Below, piece by piece: positions 1 to 8,696 of a DNA stretch of 16,313 nt. Below the pieces are notes generated by a model that was not told where the DNA came from, searched no databases, and worked only from the letters and a program-made list of their open reading frames with translations. How positions within the stretch are numbered: the stretch's first letter is position 1; each line of letters begins with the position of its first letter. The position numbers were made by a program, and so were the translations under genes. The stretch comes from Planctomycetota bacterium (GTDB lineage: Bacteria > Planctomycetota > SZUA-567 > H5-PLA8), in contig JBBRPR010000106.1 in the NCBI GenBank assembly GCA_038227875.1, forward strand, positions 1 to 16,313. The letters run 5' to 3'.

Positions 1-133
1 TCGTCGCGTTCCCCGGCCACTGCCATTGCCCACCGCTGTTTGGATAAATCCACCCGTCCCTCACTTGGAGGTTGCCGTTAGCTCGTCAAAAAGTCCTTAA
101 ATTCCGACAACGAGTGTCTCATTCTTATTGACA
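1..133 (-). mobile_element. Possible terminus of an insertion sequence (family unassigned) truncating the adjacent gene
   Basis: Minus strand from 133 reads TGTCAATAAGAATGAGACAC (TG start, internal GTGTC/GACAC inverted repeat at 114-134). AT-rich tract, abrupt switch to coding sequence at about 134. A GAGGGA + GTG start near 53 opens a frame (MDLSKQRWAMAVAGERD...) running off the window. Confidence 0.4.
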
Positions 134-823
134 CGTTCCGCTGGTCCTGGCGGAGTGGCTACGATCGGCGTGGTGCTGGTGGACGGCGCCAAAGCAGACG
201 ATTACAGCGGGCCGCTGACCTATTTTGCACCCGACAAAGGCAAGGCGCCCTGGAAGGGGCTTGGTTTCAAGAACTTCGGCGGTAAGGAGCCTCCGGTTGC
301 GTCGGGCGTGCGGTTTGATCCTAAGGGGAATCTGTATGCTGGCATCGTCGATGGCAAACCCAATAACATTCCGCCGGGATTCGACAAGGACAAGGACTAC
401 ATGCGCATGGGACGCATCTATAAGTACGCACCCACTGGAAGCAAGGAAGGTGGCAGTTTGTTTCCGACCGAGCCAGCGGCGCCGGCCAAGATTTATGATG
501 TCCACTACGGGCCAATCAATAATCCACCGCGGTTTGGCGTGGATGAATACGGCCGGATCTACTACCCAAACGCGATCGAGAAACGGGTCGCAGTGATCGA
601 CAACGAGGGCAATCCGGTTCTCTCATTCGGCACCTACGGCAACCGCGATTCCATGGGTGGGCTGCCCGGCGATCTCGTGCCCACGAAAGATGTCCCCCTG
701 GCGTGGCCCAGCAGCGTCGATGCGACCGACGAGTACATCTACATCTCGGACAGACTGAATGTCCGGTTGCTGCGACTCGCCAAGACTTTTCAATTGGCGG
801 GAACCGCCAAAATAAAAGAGTAA
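128..823 (+). pseudogene. C-terminal portion of an NHL-repeat/beta-propeller protein, probably 5'-truncated
   Basis: Blade-like motifs GVRFDPKGNLY, RFGVDEYGRIYYPN, VAVIDNEGN..LSFGTYGN, LAWPSSVDATDEYIYISD. The TTG start lies inside the putative IS end, with no RBS and no signal peptide. Confidence 0.6.
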
Positions 824-851
824 GCACAACGCCTGGAAAATGGAGCATCAC

Positions 852-2078
852 ATGAAATGCCCTTACCCCACTTACGAAGACTGCATGAGCGAGTCGAAAG
901 CGATCGCGCAACTTCAGCCAGAATTGGTGAAGTACGAGGAGATCGGCGTTTCTGCCAAGGGGCGCCCGATTCCCCTGCTGACGATTACCGATCCGGCGAT
1001 TCCGGCCGAGAGGAAGAGTGTATTTCTGGTCTCGGGCGGGACCGATGGCGATGAGGAAGTCGGCCGGGCCGTATCGCTGGGGCTGGCGCGCGCGCTGCTT
1101 GAGCCGCAGCACCGCGTGCATCTTCAGCGCCAGATTGTGCTGGTGGTTCCGGTGACCAATCCGGATGGCACGGCTGAGAATCTGCCCGATTCACTGGGTA
1201 ACGGATCCGGCATTCCCGCGCATCAAGTTCATCTGCCCGGAAAACCGCCCGCCACCGCCGAAGGACGAGCGATGCGCGCGCTGGTGGAGACGTGGATTCC
1301 GGATGCACATTTTGATTTCCACGGGTTGGCCGGGGGCGGGATGGGGGACAACATGTACCTCTATCCGACCGTGAACAACAAATGGTCGATCCCGGTTCTG
1401 TACGAAGTCGCGCGAGAGATGGCGGATGCCGGGGCACGCGCGGGTTACCCGCAGGACTGCCGGCCGCGGTTATGGTGGGATCCTCGCCACAACCTGCCCG
1501 GCTGGCTGGCGCGCAATCATTCGGCCTTCTGCATGGTCATGGAAGGCACCGAGAACTACTATCCCATCGAGGACAGCGTGCGGGCCGGTCTCTCGCGCAT
1601 GCTGCGGCTGATGGATATTGGCGAAGAGACGCGGTTCTTTCAAACGCACCCGAATTATCCCTGTGACATCGTCAGCGGCGGCCCGATGGGTGCACTGATG
1701 CCTTTTGGCGACAACTACGCCGCGCGCCGAAAATCGCGCCGCGATATGTCGCAGATGATTCTGGAAGGCGTGCCGCAATTTGGGCGCAGAGCGTGCGACC
1801 GCGGTTGGACGGCCGAAATCGAACTGCAGATCGAAGATGCGGTGAAGACGTTTCCCGAAGGCCTGGTGATTCAGGCCACGATCGATCGGCGGGCCACGAT
1901 CAAGGACGTCCGCTGGCACGATCACGTGCTGGAATCCAAGCTCTGGTCGATGTGGACGACGCAAGCGGGGATCGTCGTGCGGGCCGTTGTGCCGGAAGCG
2001 CCGAAGAAAGGTTCGAACGTGCTGGGAATCCACTACGACGTGCCGTTTAAGCGGCACGTAGAGCCCGATGAACGTTGA
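852..2078 (+). CDS. M14-family zinc carboxypeptidase-like protein with atypical motifs
   Basis: IGVSAKGRPIPLLTI, GGTDGDE (HxxE position), VPVTNPDG, PDAHFDFHG, distal MEG. GGAG RBS at 842-845 favours ATG 852. Confidence 0.8.
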   Translation: MKCPYPTYEDCMSESKAIAQLQPELVKYEEIGVSAKGRPIPLLTITDPAIPAERKSVFLVSGGTDGDEEVGRAVSLGLARALLEPQHRVHLQRQIVLVVPVTNPDGTAENLPDSLGNGSGIPAHQVHLPGKPPATAEGRAMRALVETWIPDAHFDFHGLAGGGMGDNMYLYPTVNNKWSIPVLYEVAREMADAGARAGYPQDCRPRLWWDPRHNLPGWLARNHSAFCMVMEGTENYYPIEDSVRAGLSRMLRLMDIGEETRFFQTHPNYPCDIVSGGPMGALMPFGDNYAARRKSRRDMSQMILEGVPQFGRRACDRGWTAEIELQIEDAVKTFPEGLVIQATIDRRATIKDVRWHDHVLESKLWSMWTTQAGIVVRAVVPEAPKKGSNVLGIHYDVPFKRHVEPDER

Positions 2079-2099
2079 CGGCGCGCGCGTTCATTTTTT
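2068..2099 (+). terminator. Possible intrinsic terminator after the M14 gene
   Basis: ATGAACG (2068-2074) pairs with CGTTCAT (2088-2094), followed by a T run. The loop is large, so it may be weak. Confidence 0.4.
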
Positions 2100-2210
2100 A
2101 AATCCAAGACTGACTTAAGCCATCGCGGATCCAAGCAGAGCCGCACGCAACGTCAGGGATTTTGAACTCTGATTCAGAATGGGAACTTGGTGTCGGGCGA
2201 GAGATGCTAT

Positions 2211-2287
2211 TGGCGGGCTCGACGGGACTCGAACCCGCGACCTTCGGCGTGACAAGCCGACGCTCTAACCAACTGAGCTACGAGCCC
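2211..2287 (-). tRNA. tRNA-Asp(GTC), CCA encoded
   Basis: Minus strand: GGGCTCG TAGCTCAGTTGGTTAGAGCG TCGGC TT-GTC-AC GCCGA AGGTC GCGGG TTCGAGT CCCGT CGAGCCC G CCA; full cloverleaf. Confidence 0.97.
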
Positions 2288-2369
2288 GCCCAATGCTTTG
2301 CATGGTATGCAGATGAATGTTGTTCGCTAGTGCTGTTTTTCCGTTCTTCTTCTCAAGTTTCGCGAGGCA

Positions 2370-2443
2370 TGGGCAATACTGGACTCGAACCAGTGACCCC
2401 CTGCTTGTAAGGCAGGTGCTCTAACCAACTGAGCTAATCGCCC
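2370..2443 (-). tRNA. tRNA-Val(TAC), CCA not encoded
   Basis: Minus strand: GGGCGAT TAGCTCAGTTGGTTAGAGCA CCTGC CT-TAC-AA GCAGG GGGTC ACTGG TTCGAGT CCAGT ATTGCCC A, followed by TGC. Confidence 0.96.
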
Positions 2444-2482
2444 TCAAGCAACTGCAATGCATCGTCGTTCTTTCCGGGGAAG

Positions 2483-2511
2483 TTATTAACATCTGTCGCT
2501 CCAACCTGCAA
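2483..2511 (-). promoter_or_regulatory. Candidate sigma70 promoter for the tRNA pair
   Basis: Minus strand TTGCAG-17 nt-TAATAA with an A tract upstream, about 40 nt before tRNA-Val. Confidence 0.4.
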
Positions 2512-2530
2512 TGCTCTTTTTAAGTTCTGA

Positions 2531-3691
2531 TTAGAAATTCGTTTTCAAAATCATGCTCCGCAATCCGTACGTGTGAAAAAGATGCGCCGCTTCTTCTTCG
2601 CGCGCGACGCATGCCACGAGTTCGTTCGTGTCGATGGTTGCGAAGTCCAGATCTCCGGGAATGCGCCATTCGTCTTCGCGACTCCAGTCGTGCTCGCCAC
2701 TGCGCGACAGTTGCAGGAATGGCTTTTCGTCCGATGGAGAATCGTCGAGTTCGCCGCGTTCAACGTAGCGGACCTTGCGCGCACCAGATGCTTTGAGCGA
2801 GTGGCTGGGGAAGGCGAGCGCGTAGTTCGTGAAGGTCCAACGCAGCAGTCCGCGCCGCCAGCGGGTGATTGTACCGACGTCGCGCGGGTGGCGCGCGGTG
2901 AAACATACCATCGGCGTTGCGCCAGCGATCAGGCGACCGCAGCCGCGCAGGCGGCGTTCGTCGAGAATGCGGCAGAGCGCTGCGAAGGCGTGGCGATGTG
3001 GTGCGTGCGGTCCGGAGCTAAGCCAACGCAAGTAGTCGTCGCGCGATTCGCCGGGCCACGGGCCTTCAGGATCGCGTGTGAAGTGCGTCAGGAAAGTCCA
3101 CGTCGACAGCGATGACTCGTCAAGGATTGCGCCCGATGGAGCAGGGGAGGCTGGCGGCGTTGGTGCTTTATCAGCGCGCTCAAGCGGTGGGCATTCGTCG
3201 ACAAGAATGGAGCGTGCGCGGAGAGAAGCGGCGAGTTCCGCCATCACGCCGGATTTGCGGATGTGAATTGCAGTCGCGTGGGAGCTCAGCGCAGCGATGA
3301 TGCGGTCGCGAATCTGCGGCGCTTCCGTTTTTGAAGGCGTCGTCTGTGGCCAAACGAACAAGCTACGCTCTGCTGGGGACGAGAGATTCTCGCAGTGCTC
3401 CAAAATGGTGATTGCGGCGCCACCGTGTTGGGAAACGGTCCATTGCGCGATCTCGTAGGCGAGGCGATCGTTGCCGGCGACGAGAACTTCACGATTCTTT
3501 GCGAGGAGTTTGGCCGCGGCGACGGTCTTCTGCACCCAGGCCGCATCGGGTTGCGGGAACTTCTCGGCGCGCGAAATGAGCAGCATGCGGCGCGGGCGGT
3601 CGAGCAGCGACACATCGCCATGGCAACCGAGGCGGAATCCCAGTGTAGCTTCCGCGGCTTCGAGAACGGGATGAGTCACGGCGTGTCTCAC
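2531..3691 (-). CDS. Two-domain protein: degenerate DprA/SMF (SLOG) N-terminus + AbiGi/DUF2971-like ADP-ribosyltransferase-fold C-terminus
   Basis: Real part of the 688-aa track ORF, with a GTG start at 3691 or 3679. N-term GDVSLLDRP..ISR..VLVAG..GGAAITIL..RDRIIAALS..RKSG follows the DprA motif order. C-term has LTHFTR, RILDERRLRG, MVCFT, YALAF, VRY, DWSREDEWR. Confidence 0.7.
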   Translation of the reverse strand: MRHAVTHPVLEAAEATLGFRLGCHGDVSLLDRPRRMLLISRAEKFPQPDAAWVQKTVAAAKLLAKNREVLVAGNDRLAYEIAQWTVSQHGGAAITILEHCENLSSPAERSLFVWPQTTPSKTEAPQIRDRIIAALSSHATAIHIRKSGVMAELAASLRARSILVDECPPLERADKAPTPPASPAPSGAILDESSLSTWTFLTHFTRDPEGPWPGESRDDYLRWLSSGPHAPHRHAFAALCRILDERRLRGCGRLIAGATPMVCFTARHPRDVGTITRWRRGLLRWTFTNYALAFPSHSLKASGARKVRYVERGELDDSPSDEKPFLQLSRSGEHDWSREDEWRIPGDLDFATIDTNELVACVAREEEAAHLFHTYGLRSMILKTNF

Positions 3692-3704
3692 AGTGAATTG
3701 CGAT

Positions 3705-3728
3705 TTCAAATTTGAACGTGGGATTATA
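3705..3728. promoter_or_regulatory. Divergent promoter region: 12-bp palindrome and minus-strand TATAAT
   Basis: TTCAAATTTGAA at 3705-3716 is a perfect palindrome. ATTATA at 3723-3728 reads TATAAT on the minus strand, upstream of the SLOG-ART gene. Confidence 0.4.
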
Positions 3729-3769
3729 CAGTCAACGCTCAATGGAAACGAGCACTCGGGAGAGGTTGC

Positions 3770-4696
3770 ATGCATTTTGCGGACAAGTTGGACGCGGCGA
3801 TTCGAGAAAAAGGCAATCCGGTGTGCGTGGGGCTTGATCCGCGCTTTGATCAGCTGCCCAAGTCGATCACGGACGAGATGATCCGCCAGCACGGCCGCAC
3901 GACCAAGGCGGCGGCGGAGGCGGTCATCGCGTTCAATCGCAAATTGATCGATGCAACCGCCGACATCGCGCCGGTCTGCAAGCCGCAGGTGGCGTTTTAC
4001 GAGGAGCTGGGTTGGGAAGGACTGCGCGCGTACGCGGAGACGATTCGGTATGCGAAAGAGAAGGGGATGCTGGTGATCTCCGACGCCAAGCGCGGCGACA
4101 TCGGCAACACCGCGCAGGCGTACGCGAAGGCGCACCTGACGGCGTCGGCCGGCCTGGACGGAGGGCTCGATGCTGACGCGCTGACCGTCAACCCGTACAT
4201 GGGGCGCGATACATTGGAGCCATTTCTCGACGTCTGCGCGAAGCACGGGCGCGGGATCTTCGTGCTCGTCAAGACGTCCAATCCGGGTTCCGGCGATCTG
4301 CAAGACTTGAGTACCTCCACGGGCAAACCGATTCGCGATGTCGTCGCCGAGATGGTTCACGCGCTGGGTGAGAAGCATCGTGGCGCGTGTGGACTGACTG
4401 ACGTCGGCGCAGTCGTCGGCGCGACGTACCCGGAACAGGCGAAGCAACTGCGCGCGCTGATGCCGGACACGGTCTTCTTGATTCCGGGCTACGGCGCGCA
4501 GGGCGGAACGGCCGCCGATGCCGTGGCTGGTTTCCGCGCGGACAAGCGCGGCGCGATCGTGAACAACTCTCGAGGCATCATCTTCGCTTACAAACAAGAA
4601 CCGTACGCGAAGCAGTTCGGTGAAGCCGACTTCGGCGGCGCGGCGCGTGCGGCGACGATCAAGATGGCTGCGGAGTTGAAAAGCGCACTCGCGTAG
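3770..4696 (+). CDS. pyrF: Orotidine-5'-phosphate decarboxylase (type 2)
   Basis: CVGLDP, KPQVAFYE, catalytic DAKRGDIGNT, TVNPYMG, VKTSNPGS, VGAVVGAT, LIPGYGAQGG, NNSRGI; GGAGAGG RBS. Confidence 0.97.
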   Translation: MHFADKLDAAIREKGNPVCVGLDPRFDQLPKSITDEMIRQHGRTTKAAAEAVIAFNRKLIDATADIAPVCKPQVAFYEELGWEGLRAYAETIRYAKEKGMLVISDAKRGDIGNTAQAYAKAHLTASAGLDGGLDADALTVNPYMGRDTLEPFLDVCAKHGRGIFVLVKTSNPGSGDLQDLSTSTGKPIRDVVAEMVHALGEKHRGACGLTDVGAVVGATYPEQAKQLRALMPDTVFLIPGYGAQGGTAADAVAGFRADKRGAIVNNSRGIIFAYKQEPYAKQFGEADFGGAARAATIKMAAELKSALA

Positions 4697-4699
4697 TCA

Positions 4700-7600
4700 T
4701 TAGTTCTCCGATGCGGCAGCGGCTCTTCGCTTCCACGGCGGATCGGCCGGCTTGCGCGCTTGCGTTCCTTCTCCGGTGACGCGGACGGAGCCGGGCTTCA
4801 GGATTTTGCGCAAGCTGGCGAACAAGTCGGGCGCGGGGCGCAGGGACGTGCCGCTGCGGATCGCCACGGTCGCGGGCGAGCCGGGGCCGCTGTCGAGTTC
4901 CAGATTGAAGTACAGGGGCACTTTCCCCGTGTATGTTTTCATCAGCGCGATCATCGATTGTACGCGCGCCTTGGTTGCGGCGGCGCCGTTGGCGTCGGTG
5001 GTTCCGTTCTCCTTTCCATCTTTTCCGTTGGCGTGATGTCCATTGCCGTTCTTTGCGCCGTTTCCATTTCCGTTTCCATTTCCGTTTGTTGCCGGCGCGA
5101 CTTCGTGTTCGTCGATGCTGACGGAGACGCAGCTGGCGAAACGTTCGGCGGCCATCTCGACGGTCAGGATTTCATCAGGCATGATTGCGATCTGTGGCGG
5201 CCGCTGGTCGGCGTCCGGCTGCCCGGCGTTTGCGTTGCCGCCACCCGCTGCTCCGCCGCCACCACCCATTTCGTTCGCTTTCAACTTGCCTTTGAAGAAG
5301 AGAATTGTATCGGGGTTGAGCAGCGCTTTGTATTTCTCGTAGGTGCGCGGAAAGATCACGGCTTGCGTGTTGCCTGAGAAGTCTTCGATCGTCAGGATCG
5401 CCATCTTCTCCTGCTTCATGCGGGTGATGCGCGACTGGACCTGAGTCACGTACGCGCCGATCACGATCTCGTAGCCTTCGGGAATGGCCGCCATGCCCTT
5501 GATCGTGCAGGACGAAAGTCCGTCCACCAATTCACGCGCTTCGGCCAGCGGGTGGCCGGAGAAGTAGAATCCAAGCACCGCCTTCTCTTCTTCCAGGCGC
5601 TGGCGTTCGGTCCATTCGGCGACCTGGACCATGCGGGCCTTGGGCGCTTGAACGTCGTCGTCGCCGCCGCCAAACAGATTGCCCTGACCCGAACTGCGAT
5701 CCGCGCGCAAGCGGTTGCCGGCCGCCATCGCGTCTTCCAGCGTGGCCATCAGCACGGCGCGGCCGTGGCCCTTGGAGATCGAATCGAGCGCGCCGGCCTT
5801 GATCAGACTTTCCAGACAGCTCTTGTTGACGCTCTTGGAATCCAACCGTTCGCACAGGTCGTAGAGATCCTTGAACTTCCCATTCTTCACGCGATCGGCG
5901 ACGAGCGCTTCGACGGCCTTTTCGCCGACGCCCTTCACCGCGCCGAGTGCAAAGCGCAGTAGGCGTTCGTTCTCAATGGTGAATGTCACGCCAGACGTAT
6001 TGATGTCCGGCACGAGCACATCGAGCCCGATGCGCCGCGCTTCGTCGATGTATTCGACGATCTTGTCGGTGTTGCCCGTTTCCAGCGACATGTTGCCGGC
6101 CATGAACTCGGCGGGATAGTTCGCTTTCAAATACGCGGTCTGATACGCGACGAAGGCGTACGCGGCGGCGTGCGATTTGTTGAATCCGTACTCGGCGAAC
6201 TTGGCGATCAAATCGTAGAGATTCTGCGCTTTCTCCGCGGGAATGCCGTGCTTCTTGCCGCAGCCTTCGACGAACTGTTTGCCGTACTTGTCCATCAGGT
6301 CTTTTTTCTTTTTGCCCATCGCTTTGCGCAAACTGTCAGCTTCGGAGAGCGAGAAGCCGGCGAGTTGATTGGCGATTTGCATGACCTGTTCTTGATAGAC
6401 GATGATGCCGTACGTCTCTTTCAGAATCGGTTCCAGCTGCGGCAGCGCGAACTCGAGGACCTCGCGGCCGTGCTTGCGGTTGCAGAACGACGGGATGTTG
6501 TCCATCGGGCCTGGCCGGTACATGGCGTTGAGCGCGACGAGATCTTCCAGACAGTCGGGGCGCGCGTCGACCAGCAGCTTGCGCATGCCTTCCGATTCGA
6601 ATTGGAACACCGCGCGCGCATCGCCGCGGCCGAGCATCTTGTAAGTCTTCACGTCGTCGAGCGGAACCTTGTCGAGATCCAGCTCGCCGTTGGAGTCCAA
6701 CGCTTCCTTGATCTTCGTGCCGCGCCGCTCCTTGATCAGCCGCGTCGTGGTCTTCAGCTTCGTCAGCGTTTCGAGTCCCAGGAAGTCGATCTTGAGCAGA
6801 CCCACGGAATCGATGTGCGCCATTTCGTACTGCGTCAGCATCATTCCGTTCTTGTCTTGATAGAGCGGGCAGTATTCGGTGACAGGCTGATCGGCGATCA
6901 CCAGGCCGGCGGCGTGACAGCCGGTGTTGCGCGCGATGCCTTCGCACTTTCGCGCCAGGTCGACGAGCTCCCGGACGGTGCCGTCCTGCGCGTAAAGGTC
7001 CTTCAATTCCGGCACGTCGTCGAGCGCGTAACAGGTCGCGTCCGATTCGGGGCGGTCCTTCGGCGCGGGCTTCAAGACGATCTTCTTGCCCGGCGCCATG
7101 GGGATCAACTTGGCGATGCGATTGACCTCGGCCAGCTCTTTGTCCATCACGCGGCCGACGTCGCGCACCGCGCCTTTGGCCAGCATCGCATTAAAGGTGA
7201 TGATGTTGGCCGTGCAGTCGCGCCCATATTTGTCCTGTACGTACGCGATCACTTCCGCGCGGCGGCTCTGGCAGAAGTCGATGTCGATATCGGGCATCTC
7301 ATTACGGCCTTCGTTCACGAAGCGTTCGAAGATCAGGTTGTAGCGCAGCGGTTCTAGATTCGTGATGCCCAGCGCGAAGCAGACGATCGATCCGGCGGCG
7401 CTGCCTCGACCCGGGCCGACGGGGATGCCGCGCGAGCGCGCTTCGCGGATGATGTCCCAGACAATCAGCAGGTAGCCGACGAAGCCCATCTTCTCCAGCA
7501 CGCGCAGCTCTTCGTTGGCGCGCGACAGCATCGCGTCGGGGATGGGGTTGCCGTAACGCTGCTTCAGGCCTTCCATCACCTGATGGCGGAAGTAGCCGTT

Positions 7601-8572
7601 CGGCTCTTCGTTGTTCGGAATCTTGAAGGCGGGGAAATGGTACTCGCCGAACTTGATCTTCAAGTTGCAGCGTTCGGCGATTTCCAGCGTGTTGGAGAGC
7701 GCTTCCGGCACCGCGCCGAAGAGCTTCCCCATTTCATCGCTGCTCTTGAGGTAGAACTCGTCGCAGGCAAACTTCAGGCGCTGGACGTCCTTCAGCAATT
7801 TGCCGGTGCCGATGCAGATCAACGCGTCCTGCGCCTTGGCGTCGGTGCGGTCGGTGTAGTGACTGTCGTTGGTGCAGATCAGTTTGCCGCCGAGTTCCCT
7901 GGCGATGCGCAGGATGCCTTCGTTCGATTTCTTCTGCAGCGCCGCCAGCTCGCGCATCGCCTCGGTGCCTTCCGGCGTATCGGCCAGCGCGATGCAATGG
8001 TCCTGGAGTTCGAAGTAGAAGTTGTCCTTGCCGAAGATTTCCTGGTACTCGCGGGCCTTGCGCATGCCCGCTTCCAGATCCTTGTTGATGATGGCCTGCG
8101 GAATTTCGCTGCCGATGCAGCCGGACGACGCGATCAACCCTTTGCTGTGCTGCGCGAGAATTTCGCGGTCGATGCGCGGATGGTAGTAGAAGCCGTCTTT
8201 GTAGGCGGACGTCGAGAGCTTCATCAGATTCTTGTAGCCGTCGAGATCCGCCGCCCACAGCAACATGTGATGATCGTAATTACCGTCGACCTTCTCGCGC
8301 TTGGTCCGGCTTTCGCCGTTGGGGACGATATATGCTTCCATGCCGATGATCGGTTTGATCGGCGGAAGGCCGTCTTTCTCGGCGTTTTTCGAAGCGTCGG
8401 AGCAGGCTTTATAAAACTCAATCGCGCCGAACATGTTGCCGTGATCGGTGATCGCCAGGGCCGGCTGGTTCATGGTGCGCGCACGTTTGACGATGTCGTT
8501 GATGCGCGACGCGCCGTCGAGCAGGCTGTACTGGGTGTGAACGTGGAGATGACAAAATGAAGGTGCGGCCAT
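4700..8572 (-). CDS. dnaE: DNA polymerase III alpha subunit
   Basis: PHP domain HLHVHTQYSLLDG/TDHGN/NDSHY, GPGRGSAAGS, MPDIDIDF, KIDFLGL, YGFNKSH, clamp-binding QGNLF, OB fold. No intein seen. Confidence 0.98.
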   Translation of the reverse strand: MAAPSFCHLHVHTQYSLLDGASRINDIVKRARTMNQPALAITDHGNMFGAIEFYKACSDASKNAEKDGLPPIKPIIGMEAYIVPNGESRTKREKVDGNYDHHMLLWAADLDGYKNLMKLSTSAYKDGFYYHPRIDREILAQHSKGLIASSGCIGSEIPQAIINKDLEAGMRKAREYQEIFGKDNFYFELQDHCIALADTPEGTEAMRELAALQKKSNEGILRIARELGGKLICTNDSHYTDRTDAKAQDALICIGTGKLLKDVQRLKFACDEFYLKSSDEMGKLFGAVPEALSNTLEIAERCNLKIKFGEYHFPAFKIPNNEEPNGYFRHQVMEGLKQRYGNPIPDAMLSRANEELRVLEKMGFVGYLLIVWDIIREARSRGIPVGPGRGSAAGSIVCFALGITNLEPLRYNLIFERFVNEGRNEMPDIDIDFCQSRRAEVIAYVQDKYGRDCTANIITFNAMLAKGAVRDVGRVMDKELAEVNRIAKLIPMAPGKKIVLKPAPKDRPESDATCYALDDVPELKDLYAQDGTVRELVDLARKCEGIARNTGCHAAGLVIADQPVTEYCPLYQDKNGMMLTQYEMAHIDSVGLLKIDFLGLETLTKLKTTTRLIKERRGTKIKEALDSNGELDLDKVPLDDVKTYKMLGRGDARAVFQFESEGMRKLLVDARPDCLEDLVALNAMYRPGPMDNIPSFCNRKHGREVLEFALPQLEPILKETYGIIVYQEQVMQIANQLAGFSLSEADSLRKAMGKKKKDLMDKYGKQFVEGCGKKHGIPAEKAQNLYDLIAKFAEYGFNKSHAAAYAFVAYQTAYLKANYPAEFMAGNMSLETGNTDKIVEYIDEARRIGLDVLVPDINTSGVTFTIENERLLRFALGAVKGVGEKAVEALVADRVKNGKFKDLYDLCERLDSKSVNKSCLESLIKAGALDSISKGHGRAVLMATLEDAMAAGNRLRADRSSGQGNLFGGGDDDVQAPKARMVQVAEWTERQRLEEEKAVLGFYFSGHPLAEARELVDGLSSCTIKGMAAIPEGYEIVIGAYVTQVQSRITRMKQEKMAILTIEDFSGNTQAVIFPRTYEKYKALLNPDTILFFKGKLKANEMGGGGGAAGGGNANAGQPDADQRPPQIAIMPDEILTVEMAAERFASCVSVSIDEHEVAPATNGNGNGNGNGAKNGNGHHANGKDGKENGTTDANGAAATKARVQSMIALMKTYTGKVPLYFNLELDSGPGSPATVAIRSGTSLRPAPDLFASLRKILKPGSVRVTGEGTQARKPADPPWKRRAAAASEN
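5058..5087. repeat. Hexamer-period tandem repeat encoding an NGNGNG tract in the DnaE C-terminus
   Basis: CCGTTT CCATTT CCGTTT CCATTT CCGTTT. Confidence 0.8.
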
Positions 8573-8696
8573 TGCGTTGTCTTCCTGACGATCAGCGGTT
8601 GGAGCGGCGAAGGGACGAAATTACTACTTCTTCATATCGCAATTGGGATGAGCCAACAGATCAAAACGCGGTCGTTTTTTGACTCGATAAGCGCAC

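Noticed and set aside
128..156. Outward hybrid promoter from TTGACA at 128-133
   Set aside because: No plausible -10 hexamer at 16-18 nt spacing.
2162..2410. 82-aa plus-strand ORF
   Set aside because: It is the antisense reading of the two tRNA genes.
3692..4597. N-terminal ~300 aa of the 688-aa minus-strand ORF
   Set aside because: It is the antisense shadow of pyrF. Recognisable protein begins only near 3691, and a promoter-like gap lies between.
4752..8560. Long plus-strand ORFs opposite dnaE (e.g. 6170-7357, 7583-8560)
   Set aside because: Antisense frames are commonly open in high-GC coding DNA, and these have no domain motifs.
4700..8572. Intein or split in dnaE
   Set aside because: Motifs are continuous with no intein splice or homing-endonuclease signatures. 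The extra length is explained by low-complexity loops.
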